From contig CAZDKI010000004.1 of assembly GCA_964506115.1 (NCBI GenBank), positions 13,280 through 77,279 of the forward strand: a DNA stretch of 64,000 nucleotides, written 5' to 3'. The stretch is from an uncultured Candidatus Peribacteria bacterium. Its GTDB lineage: Bacteria; Patescibacteriota; Gracilibacteria; RBG-16-42-10. Under the pieces are notes generated by a model. That model saw only the letters and a program-made list of their open reading frames with translations. It searched no databases and was not told the DNA's origin. Within the stretch, counting starts at the first letter, position 1. Each line of letters starts with the position of its first letter. The translations under genes and the position numbers were made by a program. Shown here piece by piece: positions 28,237 through 37,634 of this stretch.

Positions 28237-28866
28237 TTAGCCTCTTTCACTGACAATACCGCTCAGCTTCGCTATTGCTTGATCTCTGTTTTCACCATTG
28301 TTTTCGATCTCGTAATAATTATCTAATCCTCGAAGTTTTAATTGTTTACAGAGTTCTTGCCATTGGGCGTCGGATCTTTGTACTTGTTCTTCTATTTGAG
28401 CTAGGGATAAGCCGTGACGGGTGCGTTTGCCTGATTGGATATCTTTTTCTTGGCGATCTTTGATGATTTTTGGTTCGGTACGAATGAGGATGAATTGATC
28501 GAAGAGTTCGTAGAACCAGGATCTCAGCACGTCATCATCGTAGATTAAAGTACCATCCAGCTGGGGTTTAATTACACATAAATGGTGGAGAATGATGCCG
28601 TCTTGGCCACTATTTTTGAAATCTCGGAGAATGTCTACGAATTTAGTGTCGTAAAGAGCATTGATTATCGGTTCGTTGATCTCAAGCGTGCGATAGTAAT
28701 CAAAGGGGACGGGGAAGTCTGCGGTGACCTCTACTGGTAGACCAAATGCTTTCATTAGAGCACGAGATGCAGATACTAAAGCGATTTGTGGATGCAATTT
28801 TTGGACTTCGTTTGCTAATGTGTCCTTGCCTACACCGTTGACGCCAAAAATAATTGTCAGGGCCAT
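28237..28866 (-). CDS. P-loop NTPase, nucleotide-kinase-like
   Basis: Walker A at the extreme N-terminus (IIFGVNGVGKDT). The 209-aa size is typical of small (d)NMP/adenylate-kinase-like proteins. Specificity unknown. Confidence 0.5.
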   Translation of the reverse strand: MALTIIFGVNGVGKDTLANEVQKLHPQIALVSASRALMKAFGLPVEVTADFPVPFDYYRTLEINEPIINALYDTKFVDILRDFKNSGQDGIILHHLCVIKPQLDGTLIYDDDVLRSWFYELFDQFILIRTEPKIIKDRQEKDIQSGKRTRHGLSLAQIEEQVQRSDAQWQELCKQLKLRGLDNYYEIENNGENRDQAIAKLSGIVSERG

Positions 28867-28953
28867 ACAGAAAAATGATTCTGCTGGAGAATAGCATAAA
28901 ATTGGCTAAAAGCAGCGCTATTGTCTATAGTGGCGCCACTTAAGATTGCGATC

Positions 28954-30729
28954 ATGTCAGAATCTTCAAGTGCTAGTACATCAGCTCAGTATAGTTCTTT
29001 ACAGTTAGTCAAGGATATTTGGGAATTGATGGACGGTCTCAAAGGGAAATTTCTTTTGGGTACGTTACTACGCTTAATCAGTGATCTAGCTATTCTTTTT
29101 CCTCAATTCGCAATTGCTTTGGTAATTGAGTTCTTTATTGACTATAAAGCCGGAGATAATACCTCACTTTTGTTTTGGATTATGGGTGGTTTTGCTCTTT
29201 CAATTTTAATCAGAGCCGGTGGCCAGTTTCTCGGAAAATTCTATGGCTATCAGGTCGCTGAATCAATTGGTATCAAGCTAACGTTAAAATCTGTGCAGCA
29301 TTTGTTTTTACTAGATATGGCTTGGCATGAGAAAGAGAATGCAGGCAATAAGGTGAAGCGTATTCAGAATGCTAGTGAAGCGGTAAATAAGATTACTCGA
29401 TTGTGGTTTGATTGTATTGTGGAAATTTGTGTGAATATTATTGGTATCAATTTAATTATTGCTAGCTTTGATCGCACAGTTTTAGTGCTCTTACTAACCT
29501 TCTTAGTAATTTATTTTGTTCTTTCGCGATTATTAACTAAAAAAGCAGCTTTGGCATCGTATGCAGTTAATGCTCAAGAAGAGAATGTTAGTGGGCTATT
29601 GTTTGAAGCTGCCAGCAATATTAGGACATTGAAGGTAATGACTATGGGAGAGACTTTGATGGCTATGATTAGATCGGCAACTAACCTTCTTTACCAAAAA
29701 ATTCAGCGTAAAATCTTTGCTTACCAGTCCCGTAACAGTATTTTGGGTGTTTGGGGTGGTATGGCTAAGGCGGGTATTTTGACGGTAATCATTATTGGAG
29801 CACTGCGAGGACAGTATAGTGTTGCGTTTTTGGTACTATTTAATAGTTATTTCTCCAATATCAGAGAGTCAATTGATGAGTTCGCTAGTATCACGCAAGA
29901 CTTTATCAGTGGGCGATTTAGTATGATGCGGCTCAAAACAGTCTTGGATCAACCTATTACTATTGATAGTGAAACTGATAAAGTGGCTTTCCCTAAGGAT
30001 TGGCAAGAAATTGCTTTTAAAAAAGTTTCTTTTGCTTATGGAAATAATAAAGTGCTTAAGAATATTTCCTTTACTGTTAAACGTGGTGAGAAAGTTGGTA
30101 TTGTTGGTTTGTCTGGAGCGGGGAAGTCTACAATTTTAAAGCTGTTGCTTAAAGAACGGGAAGAATTTTCCGGTGATATTTTGTTTGATGGTCTTTCTAT
30201 TAAAGATATTAGTAAAAATGCTTATTTCCAAAATGTCTCGGTAGTACTTCAAGATACTGAAGTCTTTAATTTTTCTTTGAAGGACAATATTACCATTACC
30301 AATGCGATTAAGAAAAAGAACGCAAAATTGTTCAAACAATCTTTAGAAGTTGCGCATATTACAGATTTGGTGCAAAAGTTACCTCAAGGTTTGGCAACGA
30401 TCATTGGTGAAAAAGGCGTTAAATTGTCTGGTGGAGAACGGCAGCGTTTAGGTATTGCCCGAGCAATATTTAAGAAACCTCAGATTTTACTTTTAGATGA
30501 AGCGACATCTCATTTAGACTTGGAGTCAGAAGAAAAGATTCGCGACTCTTTACATCAGTTCTTTGAAAATGTGACTGCGATTGTGATTGCGCATAGACTA
30601 ACTACAATTAAACAAATGGATAAAATTTTGGTAATTGAAGATGGGAAATTAATCGAGTCAGGCAGCTTTGCTCAACTCTATAAAAAACAAGGTAGGTTCT
30701 TTATGCTTTGGCAAAAACAGGGAGTGTAA
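28954..30729 (+). CDS. ABC exporter, fused permease and ATPase (MsbA/MdlB-like)
   Basis: N-terminal 6-TM region. Walker A GLSGAGKST, signature LSGGERQRLGIARA, Walker B ILLLDEATSHLD. The ORF opens with a TTG at 28921; the ATG at 28954 is preferred. Confidence 0.85.
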   Translation: MSESSSASTSAQYSSLQLVKDIWELMDGLKGKFLLGTLLRLISDLAILFPQFAIALVIEFFIDYKAGDNTSLLFWIMGGFALSILIRAGGQFLGKFYGYQVAESIGIKLTLKSVQHLFLLDMAWHEKENAGNKVKRIQNASEAVNKITRLWFDCIVEICVNIIGINLIIASFDRTVLVLLLTFLVIYFVLSRLLTKKAALASYAVNAQEENVSGLLFEAASNIRTLKVMTMGETLMAMIRSATNLLYQKIQRKIFAYQSRNSILGVWGGMAKAGILTVIIIGALRGQYSVAFLVLFNSYFSNIRESIDEFASITQDFISGRFSMMRLKTVLDQPITIDSETDKVAFPKDWQEIAFKKVSFAYGNNKVLKNISFTVKRGEKVGIVGLSGAGKSTILKLLLKEREEFSGDILFDGLSIKDISKNAYFQNVSVVLQDTEVFNFSLKDNITITNAIKKKNAKLFKQSLEVAHITDLVQKLPQGLATIIGEKGVKLSGGERQRLGIARAIFKKPQILLLDEATSHLDLESEEKIRDSLHQFFENVTAIVIAHRLTTIKQMDKILVIEDGKLIESGSFAQLYKKQGRFFMLWQKQGV

Positions 30730-30780
30730 TATTGACTTTTTCTGACTGTGTGATTAAATACTACTTTCCTATTTAAAGAA

Positions 30781-31728
30781 ATGATGAAAGTAGGTGGTTG
30801 TGAAGAGGCTCAATCTTATGCTATTGTTCAATATACTCTTGATCCTCAAATGGGATGGGTAGCAGTTTATGCTAATCGCAATCTAATGCATTCGGTCTTA
30901 AAAAAGGATGATCTAAATCCAGGGCGAGATTGTGTAGAAACTGTTTTAGAATTTGATGGTGTCCATCATGCACGTGTGAATGCTTTTTGGAGTCGGTGGA
31001 GTAGAATATTTTTACATAGTTCTGATGTAGTTTTAGCTTTGTCGCCAGTAATTGATAGTGTAATTGGCTTAGGTGATAGTATTAGGATTATCGACGCGCT
31101 TAAATTTATTAGTCCTATGACTGGCCAGTTGAATGTGTATGCCGCCAAGGTGGAGGAGGCTGAAGGTGTAGAGAAGTTATTGTGTGCCAGTTCTGGGAAG
31201 CCTGCTTTTACTTTGACAGCCCATACACGCAAGGGGCAAAAGATAGTATTAGTTAGCTATTCTACTACAGACTCTGTTGATAAAGCACGGTACTGTGCGA
31301 ATGATCCATTATTAACTGTGTCGAGTGGTTTTGGAAGTACACACTATATGGAATTAGGACCAGCAAAAGTCCAGTTTTCTATTCCTTTAGTAGAGGAAAG
31401 ATTCTCTTATGATCAAGGCACTAGTAGTATGTTTCCTGCTTATTTGGCTATGGATGTAGTAATGTATATTCGGCAACTGCTAGAAGCTCATGGAGCTATA
31501 GGTAACTTCGGATCAGTATTAGCTGCTAGTTTCGAAAAATTTCAGGTACCACCATTAGATTTTTTTGAAAAAAATGACGCAATTTTGACTATGGTTTTTG
31601 ATGCTAACAAGGTTCGCGAAAAAAAAGGTCATTATATCTTACCAATTGAATTTGAGTTTAAGACATATGGTGAGACAGCTAAAGCTGGTGGCGGTATTTA
31701 TAATGCTGCGATTCCCAAAGAGAGATAA
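30781..31728 (+). CDS. hypothetical protein
   Basis: 315-aa ORF with no signal peptide and no recognisable motif. Confidence 0.5.
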   Translation: MMKVGGCEEAQSYAIVQYTLDPQMGWVAVYANRNLMHSVLKKDDLNPGRDCVETVLEFDGVHHARVNAFWSRWSRIFLHSSDVVLALSPVIDSVIGLGDSIRIIDALKFISPMTGQLNVYAAKVEEAEGVEKLLCASSGKPAFTLTAHTRKGQKIVLVSYSTTDSVDKARYCANDPLLTVSSGFGSTHYMELGPAKVQFSIPLVEERFSYDQGTSSMFPAYLAMDVVMYIRQLLEAHGAIGNFGSVLAASFEKFQVPPLDFFEKNDAILTMVFDANKVREKKGHYILPIEFEFKTYGETAKAGGGIYNAAIPKER

Positions 31729-31958
31729 ATTCTCAACTGTGAAACTGACCAAGCTTTATATAGGGTTATTGGTATGTTTTAACTAACAACTTTTACGTTG
31801 AACTTTTTAAAGGATTGGTACTCAGTTTAGTAATGTTTAGTTCTACTCGTTCAAGTCTAACAAATAAGGTGACGAGATTAAGATATGAGGGATGACAAAT
31901 AAGATCCCAAACGGAAGCCCTTGGCTCTCGCAATTAACCGTCACAGTTCAAGGAATCG

Positions 31959-32035
31959 TGGTCGGGGTGGGAGGATTTGAACCTCCGACCTCAGCGTCCC
32001 GAACGCTGCGCGCTAGCCAACTGCGCTACACCCCG
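31959..32035 (-). tRNA. tRNA-Pro (anticodon CGG), CCA encoded
   Basis: The reverse complement reads CGGGGTGTAGCGCAGTTGGCTAGCGCG-CAGCG-TTCGGGA-CGCTG-...-CACCCCG-A-CCA. The first 28 nt are identical to the Pro-GGG gene. Confidence 0.9.
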
Positions 32036-32068
32036 TTTGGTAAGGAATAAGGAAAGAGGTGTTAGGAA

Positions 32069-32701
32069 TTAACCAGCTAAGTAAATTAAGGCAGTGATGG
32101 CATCTACTGGCTTGCTGATGATGTAGCTGATGATAGGGAAACCTATGAAGTTTCCTAGGATGATAGTTGCGAAAAGTAATGGAGGACCATTTCTTTCTAA
32201 CCAGTCGCTGATACCAATTCCTTTGCGACCCAATGCTAGGAATAATAGTTTAGAGCCATCGAGTGGAGGGATTGGAATGAGGTTGAAAATCATCAAGACA
32301 ATGTTGATGGATACGGTTATTGCCAGTGTCGTGATGATAAAAGTACTGCCAGGTCCTTCCCATAGCGGTAACAAATGTTTTACTGGGATAGCTAGAATTG
32401 CTGCAGTAATGAAGTTGGACATTGGTCCAGCAAGAGCAATCAATGCATTGTCTCGTAAGGGATGATTGAGATTGTTACTATTAACTGGGACAGGCTTTCC
32501 CCAGCCGAAATGTACTAATAGTAAAGTAATAGTACCTAATGGATCTAAATGTTTGAAAGGATTGAGAGTTAATCGTCCTTCATGTTTAGCTGTGGGATCG
32601 CCTAACATATTAGCCATCCAGGCATGAGCACACTCATGGACACTAATAGCTACTAAAAAGCCAATAATGATGCTGATAATTTCTGAAAAACCAAAACTCA
32701 T
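32069..32701 (-). CDS. site-2 protease family (M50) membrane metalloprotease
   Basis: HECAHAW (HExxH) in the first TM region, multiple TM segments, and a later PLDGS-type motif (IPPLDGSKL). Confidence 0.8.
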   Translation of the reverse strand: MSFGFSEIISIIIGFLVAISVHECAHAWMANMLGDPTAKHEGRLTLNPFKHLDPLGTITLLLVHFGWGKPVPVNSNNLNHPLRDNALIALAGPMSNFITAAILAIPVKHLLPLWEGPGSTFIITTLAITVSINIVLMIFNLIPIPPLDGSKLLFLALGRKGIGISDWLERNGPPLLFATIILGNFIGFPIISYIISKPVDAITALIYLAG

Positions 32702-32753
32702 ATGTTCGGGGATAACAATATAGAGCGAGACCTACCGTACTATACTACAATTT

Positions 32754-34301
32754 TTAGATCTCTCGCATTACGCGGATTTTTGCTCCAAGACTATTAAGTC
32801 TTTCTGCTATTTCTTCATAACCACGATTGATGGAGTAAACGTTGCGTAGAATGGATTTACCCGGAGCTGCCAACATGCCGATCAAAATAATCATAGCTGG
32901 ACGAAGGGCTGGAGGACAGACTACTTGGGTTGCTTTAAAAGGAGTTGGTCCTTCTACAAATACACGATGGGGATCGGCAAGGATCATTTGTGCTCCTAGT
33001 TTGGTTAATTCCATAAAGTAGATGGCACGATTTTCAAATGTCCAATCGTGGATCAATGTTGTCCCTTTGGCTTGAGCAGCTATTGGTACGAAGAATGGCA
33101 AATTATCTTGGTTGATGCCGGGATAGGGGAGCGCGTGGATCTTTTCTTCGGGGGCTTTCAGTGTTGATGGGAATACTTCCAAGTCTACTAATTTAGTATA
33201 TCCATTCTTTGATACATACTCTTTTGATCGCTTAAATTTAAGCCCCATTTTTTTTAATTTATAGAGTTCTAGTTCTAAAAAATCAATAGGGCAACGGCGG
33301 ATAGTAATGTGTGAATTGGTGGTGATGGCAGCACTCAAGAACATCATGGATTCAATCGGATCTTCACTATTCCAGTATTCTACTTTTTTATTAATTTCTT
33401 TTACACCTTCAATGGTAATTGTACCCGTACCAACGCCCTCAACTTTTACGCCCAAAGCTTGTAAAAAGTGGCATGTTTCTTGCACCATGTAGTTAGCTGT
33501 AGCAAATTTGATAGTTGTTTTTCCAGGAATTTTAGCAGCAGCAATTACTAGATTTTCACATGCTGTATCACCAGCTTCGTACATGACAATGGTTGCTGGC
33601 CTGAGATTTTTTATACTGACATCATAGCTATCACGGCTGACTTTAGTTTTTACCCCCATTTCCTCTAATCCGTACAAATGTGCACTTACTGTGCGTTTTC
33701 CTAATTTGCATCCAGATGCGTGTGGTAGGCTGAATTTCTTAAATAAATGAATAATTGGTCCCATCAGCATAATCACTGAGCGAGTTTTGATCGCAGCCGC
33801 CTTGTCCATTTTTTCTAATAACAACTTTGTCGGAGGTATAATTTCCAGGGTGTTTTTAGCAGTCCATTTGGTTTGTACCCCGATACTATTGATCACTTCT
33901 AGCATGCGGTTTACCTCTTCAATACGTGGGATATTGTGCAGAATAGTAGTCCCTTTATTGAGCAATGCAGCACAAAGTAAACCCATTGCGCCATTTTTAG
34001 ACGCATTAGTAACGATTTCACCGCTAAGTTTGTGCCCGCCGTCGATTTCGAAGTCAATAGAACCTTCCGCTAGGCTTACAATTTTGTGATTGAGCGCTTT
34101 ACTAATTCGGCTAAGCATCTCTGTGGTAAGATTTTGTTCGCCCTTTTCCATGCGAGCTACTGCACTTTGGCTACTACCAATACGAGTAGCAAATTCTTCT
34201 TGGGTCATGCCTCGGAGCTCTCTTAATTCTTTGATAAATGTGCCGATTTTGTTTTGTTCCCTAGCAAGAGTTGAAGACATTTTTTCGGTTAATGCATGCA
34301 A
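32754..34301 (-). CDS. murA: XRE-type HTH domain fused to UDP-N-acetylglucosamine 1-carboxyvinyltransferase (MurA)
   Basis: N-terminal IKELRELRGMTQEEFATRIGSSQSAVARMEKGEQN (XRE HTH). Then the MurA body: LSGEIVTNASKNGAMGLLCAALL, active-site loop SGCKLGKRTVSAH, and C-terminal INRGYEEIAERL. Confidence 0.8.
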   Translation of the reverse strand: MHALTEKMSSTLAREQNKIGTFIKELRELRGMTQEEFATRIGSSQSAVARMEKGEQNLTTEMLSRISKALNHKIVSLAEGSIDFEIDGGHKLSGEIVTNASKNGAMGLLCAALLNKGTTILHNIPRIEEVNRMLEVINSIGVQTKWTAKNTLEIIPPTKLLLEKMDKAAAIKTRSVIMLMGPIIHLFKKFSLPHASGCKLGKRTVSAHLYGLEEMGVKTKVSRDSYDVSIKNLRPATIVMYEAGDTACENLVIAAAKIPGKTTIKFATANYMVQETCHFLQALGVKVEGVGTGTITIEGVKEINKKVEYWNSEDPIESMMFLSAAITTNSHITIRRCPIDFLELELYKLKKMGLKFKRSKEYVSKNGYTKLVDLEVFPSTLKAPEEKIHALPYPGINQDNLPFFVPIAAQAKGTTLIHDWTFENRAIYFMELTKLGAQMILADPHRVFVEGPTPFKATQVVCPPALRPAMIILIGMLAAPGKSILRNVYSINRGYEEIAERLNSLGAKIRVMREI

Positions 34302-34394
34302 AATATATCATATATGATATCTATTTCAAGATTTGGGGCCTTCTGGTGAATTGACTAGATGTGGTTTAATGTGTCGATGTTGAACATCTAAAAA

Positions 34395-34604
34395 ATGATT
34401 ATGAATTGTAACATTGGCCTCAAGCACAAAATAATGCGTGCTGTATTTGGTTTTATAATTAATCTAGCATTAATTCTTTTCCAATCTTCTTTACCAGTTT
34501 GGCTATTTTGGGTGGGGGTCGTGGTGAGTTATGTTGTGATTTTTCAAGGGGTAATTGGTGTTTGTTACTTTTATAGCCTGTTGGGTATTAAAAAAATGAA
34601 CTGA
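34395..34604 (+). CDS. small two-TM membrane protein (DUF2892/YgaP-like)
   Basis: 69 aa with two hydrophobic helices and GVIGVCYFYSLLGI near the C-terminus, as in DUF2892. Weak call. Confidence 0.4.
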   Translation: MIMNCNIGLKHKIMRAVFGFIINLALILFQSSLPVWLFWVGVVVSYVVIFQGVIGVCYFYSLLGIKKMN

Positions 34605-34609
34605 GGGAC

Positions 34610-34717
34610 GAGCAAAGATCAAAGTGCAGAGATTAGATGTGTATTGGTGTCCATGTTTCCAGTCTGTACTTTGAACTTTTCCACTACTTTGCTCTCGCCT
34701 CTCTGCTCTTTGATCTG
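34610..34717. repeat. inverted heptad-word arms upstream of the RRM gene
   Basis: gagcaaa gatcaaa gtgcaga gattag (34610-34636) faces ctttgctctcgcctctctgctctttgatctg (34687-34717). Two 15-mers are shared with 12929-12955. Confidence 0.5.
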
Positions 34718-34832
34718 AATTGACTTTCTTTGCTCCAGGAGTATATTTACGTCGGTTTGTGTACGTTCACCAAGGTTTCTTTGAAAGGTCTGCGGTGTAT
34801 ACTCAAGCCGCATATCTTTAACCCATTATGCT

Positions 34833-35144
34833 GTGTCTAATGTTTCTAATGCCGGCGGTGATGACACCCAAGGTAAAAAGTTGTTTGTTGGTGGACTTCC
34901 TTACAGTATGACATCTGATCAAGTTCAGGCTCTGTTTACAGATGCTGAAGACATGAATCTTGCTGTTACTTCTGTATATCTTCCAGTTGATCGTTTACAA
35001 GGCAATCGCCCTCGTGGTTTTGGCTTTGTAGAATTCGCTACTGCTGAAGATGCACAAAAAGCTATTGCTAAATTCAATGGTTTTGATGTTCAAGGTCGCA
35101 AATTGACTGTGAACGAAGCTCGTCCTCAACAAGCTCGTAACTAA
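34833..35144 (+). CDS. RRM-type RNA-binding protein
   Basis: RNP2 KLFVGGL and RNP1 RGFGFVEF. GTG start as given in the ORF track. Confidence 0.8.
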   Translation: MSNVSNAGGDDTQGKKLFVGGLPYSMTSDQVQALFTDAEDMNLAVTSVYLPVDRLQGNRPRGFGFVEFATAEDAQKAIAKFNGFDVQGRKLTVNEARPQQARN

Positions 35145-35155
35145 TTGGCTATTCA

Positions 35156-35194
35156 CTAGTAAGTCAGCTTGCTTTTTGGCGGCTGACTTACTAG
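35156..35194 (+). terminator. perfect 13-bp hairpin after the RRM gene
   Basis: ctagtaagtcagc - ttgctttttggcg - gctgacttactag. A T-run (ctcttttt) follows about 15 nt later. Confidence 0.6.
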
Positions 35195-35236
35195 AATCCA
35201 TCCGCTCTTTTTAAAAGGGTTTCCTAAAATTTTTTT

Positions 35237-35431
35237 ATGGCTCGACGTTGTGATTTGACTGGCAAACACCCCAGTGTTGGAAATAATCGTCCTTTCTCTC
35301 TCAAGGCTACTAGACGCCGTTTCTTGCCCAATTTGCAAAAGCGTCGTATCCAAATTGGACCTGGACAATATATTACTTTGAAAGTGTCTACTAAGGCATT
35401 ACGTACTTTGACCAAAGATTTGGTTAAGTAA
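35237..35431 (+). CDS. rpmB: 50S ribosomal protein L28
   Basis: MARRCDLTGKHPSVGNNRPFSLKATRRRFLPNLQ is the canonical L28 N-terminus. Confidence 0.9.
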   Translation: MARRCDLTGKHPSVGNNRPFSLKATRRRFLPNLQKRRIQIGPGQYITLKVSTKALRTLTKDLVK

Positions 35432-35437
35432 TCACCA

Positions 35438-37024
35438 GTGAAAGCATCCCTTTCTCTTGGTAGTGAAGTCGGTTATGTGCTCAGTAGTGATTTTGTAGAA
35501 GGAATTATTGTGCGTGTAGTACATACAGAAGCAATGTCGCTTCTGCGCATTGGTCAATTACTCATTATCGAATCTGATAGTGGTGAATTGATTTTTGCGC
35601 AGGTAGCTAATTTGCGTACTGACTGGTTTCCTGAATTGAAGCAGCAGCCACGTCCTTTGACTGTGCCACGTGATAGCAAATTGCTTCAGGATGTATTCAT
35701 CCAAAAAGAAATTACGGTAAAGGCGATGAAGGCTTATCGTGATGGGACACTTTTAGCTGTACGCTCACTAGCAATGCCTGGTATGCGGGTACGGTTTGCC
35801 ACTGATGAAGATATTGCCTTGATTTATGGGCCTCGAGATAATGAGCATATTTACTTAGGTGAACCATTAGAAATGCAGACACCAATTGTGATTCCGACCA
35901 AAGAATTCATTGAGCGTAGTAACGGTATTTTTGGTAAATCTGGCACGGGAAAGTCATTCTTGGCGCGCATAGTCTTAGCTGAACTGATTCGGATGAAGAA
36001 AGTGGCTACGCTGATCTTTGATATGCATAGTGAATATGGCTGGGAGACTACCAGCGAACAAGGTGTGGGTAAGGTAAAGGGGCTACGACAACTCTTTCCA
36101 AGTCAGGTTTTAATCTTTGCTCTTGATGAAAATGCTGCCAAGGCGAGGGGAGTGAAGCCGGATTATATTCTGCATATTCCGAGCGAAATGATTACGGTGG
36201 AAGATGTTGGTTTATTGGCTGAAGAACTGGATTTGTCTCAAGCAATGCTTGATGCTTTGGAGATTATGACTAAGCGGATGGGGAAGAATTGGTTGAAGCA
36301 AATTGCTGAAATCAATCCAATGGATATCAAGAATCAAGCTGAATATTTTGGCGTTATGGAAGGAACATTGCAGGCTCTCTATCGCAAACTTAATCGGGTA
36401 GCATCACTACCATTCCTACAAAACGAGGATACGGCAGCTTGGGATCAATTAGTGGTGGCTCTAGAACATGGTAAGAGTGTGATTTTGGAATTTGGTCATT
36501 ATAATTCTTTGATGACCTATATGTTGGTTTCTAATATTTTGACTCGACATATTCATCGTCATTATGTGAGGGCAACGGAGAAGTTTCTCCAATCAGGAGA
36601 TATCCGTGATAAAGTCACTCCTTTGATGATTGTAATTGAGGAAGCTCATAAATTTCTTCAAGGACGAGTAGCTCGTAATACTACATTTGGTACTATTGCT
36701 AGAGAAATGCGTAAATTCTCGGTAACTTTATTGGTGATTGACCAGAGACCATCATCAATCGATCGAGAGATTCTTTCTCAGTTGGGTACGAGAATTGTGG
36801 CTATGCTTAACGACCCTGATGATATTGAGGCGGTGTTTACTGGTGTCGCTGATAAACAGCTCCTTCGTTATTGGTTGGCTACTCTCGATAGTAAGAAGCA
36901 GGTATTACTTTTGGGCCACGCAGTACCGATTCCAACTATGGTGCGGGTTCGTAATTATGATGAAGAATTTTACCGTTCAATGCGAACTGAAGATGGCGCA
37001 ACTGTAGAAGAACTTTTTGGCTAG
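35438..37024 (+). CDS. HerA/DUF87-like P-loop ATPase
   Basis: N-terminal barrel-like segment (VGYVLSS...IGQLLIIES). Walker A GIFGKSGTGKS. Walker B-like LMIVIEEAHKFL. VIDQRPSSID. GTG start 6 nt after rpmB. Confidence 0.65.
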   Translation: MKASLSLGSEVGYVLSSDFVEGIIVRVVHTEAMSLLRIGQLLIIESDSGELIFAQVANLRTDWFPELKQQPRPLTVPRDSKLLQDVFIQKEITVKAMKAYRDGTLLAVRSLAMPGMRVRFATDEDIALIYGPRDNEHIYLGEPLEMQTPIVIPTKEFIERSNGIFGKSGTGKSFLARIVLAELIRMKKVATLIFDMHSEYGWETTSEQGVGKVKGLRQLFPSQVLIFALDENAAKARGVKPDYILHIPSEMITVEDVGLLAEELDLSQAMLDALEIMTKRMGKNWLKQIAEINPMDIKNQAEYFGVMEGTLQALYRKLNRVASLPFLQNEDTAAWDQLVVALEHGKSVILEFGHYNSLMTYMLVSNILTRHIHRHYVRATEKFLQSGDIRDKVTPLMIVIEEAHKFLQGRVARNTTFGTIAREMRKFSVTLLVIDQRPSSIDREILSQLGTRIVAMLNDPDDIEAVFTGVADKQLLRYWLATLDSKKQVLLLGHAVPIPTMVRVRNYDEEFYRSMRTEDGATVEELFG

Positions 37025-37072
37025 GAGTGACTGACTCAATATGCTAATCTATGAATGTATTGAGTTGTTTTT

Positions 37073-37519
37073 ATGTACCGTCAAAATGTGGCTGCAGTAG
37101 TGATTAATCATGATAAACAAGTGCTTGTTTGTAAACGTAATGTTCCTCAAGAGCATTGGCAGTTTCCACAAGGTGGTGTTGATGAACACGAAAGTGAAGA
37201 GCAAGGTCTTTTACGTGAACTCCAAGAAGAATTAGGTTCCACTAAGTTCTCGTTACTTTACAAGTCCAAGCATCTGTATCGTTTTGAATGGCCCAAGAAT
37301 CAGCTTCGTAATGATGGCTTAATTGGCCAAGAACAACGTTATTACTTAGTTTTATTTTGGGGGGTAGACAGTGAGCTCAATTTAGAACAACGCTCTTTGA
37401 CTGATTTTAAATGGGTTGAACTTTCAGAAGTGATTGAAACTGTTTTTCCCACCCGTCGCCAAATCTACGAGGCTATTTTGCAAGAATTTATCCCTGTCAT
37501 TAAAGTTGCATCTACATGA
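37073..37519 (+). CDS. Nudix hydrolase (RppH-like)
   Basis: Nudix box QFPQGGVDEHESEEQGLLRELQEELG. Confidence 0.8.
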   Translation: MYRQNVAAVVINHDKQVLVCKRNVPQEHWQFPQGGVDEHESEEQGLLRELQEELGSTKFSLLYKSKHLYRFEWPKNQLRNDGLIGQEQRYYLVLFWGVDSELNLEQRSLTDFKWVELSEVIETVFPTRRQIYEAILQEFIPVIKVAST

Positions 37520-37524
37520 ATACA

Positions 37525-37634
37525 ATTGAAAGTGGAAAGTTGAAAGTTGAAATTTTTACTCCAGTGAGCAGCATGTCAGTAGGATCCTTCCCTTGCAAAA
37601 GCGACCTCAGGATGACTGACTCAATTCGCAATTC
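37525..37634 (-). repeat. composite intergenic element, short copy
   Basis: attgaaagtggaaagttgaaagttgaaattttt (37525-37557), ggatccttcccttgcaaaagcgacctcaggatga (37582-37615) and caattcgcaattc (37622-37634). Confidence 0.6.

Noticed and set aside
27998-32035. The two tRNA-Pro genes as a recent duplication or recombination substrate.
   Set aside because: The identical first 28 nt are expected for isoacceptors with shared identity elements. The anticodon arm and T-arm differ, and the genes are in opposite orientation with ordinary genes between them.
34619-35415. Several 63-70 aa minus-strand ORFs around the RRM and L28 genes.
   Set aside because: They are antisense to well-supported genes or lie in the heptad-word leader, so they are most likely chance ORFs.
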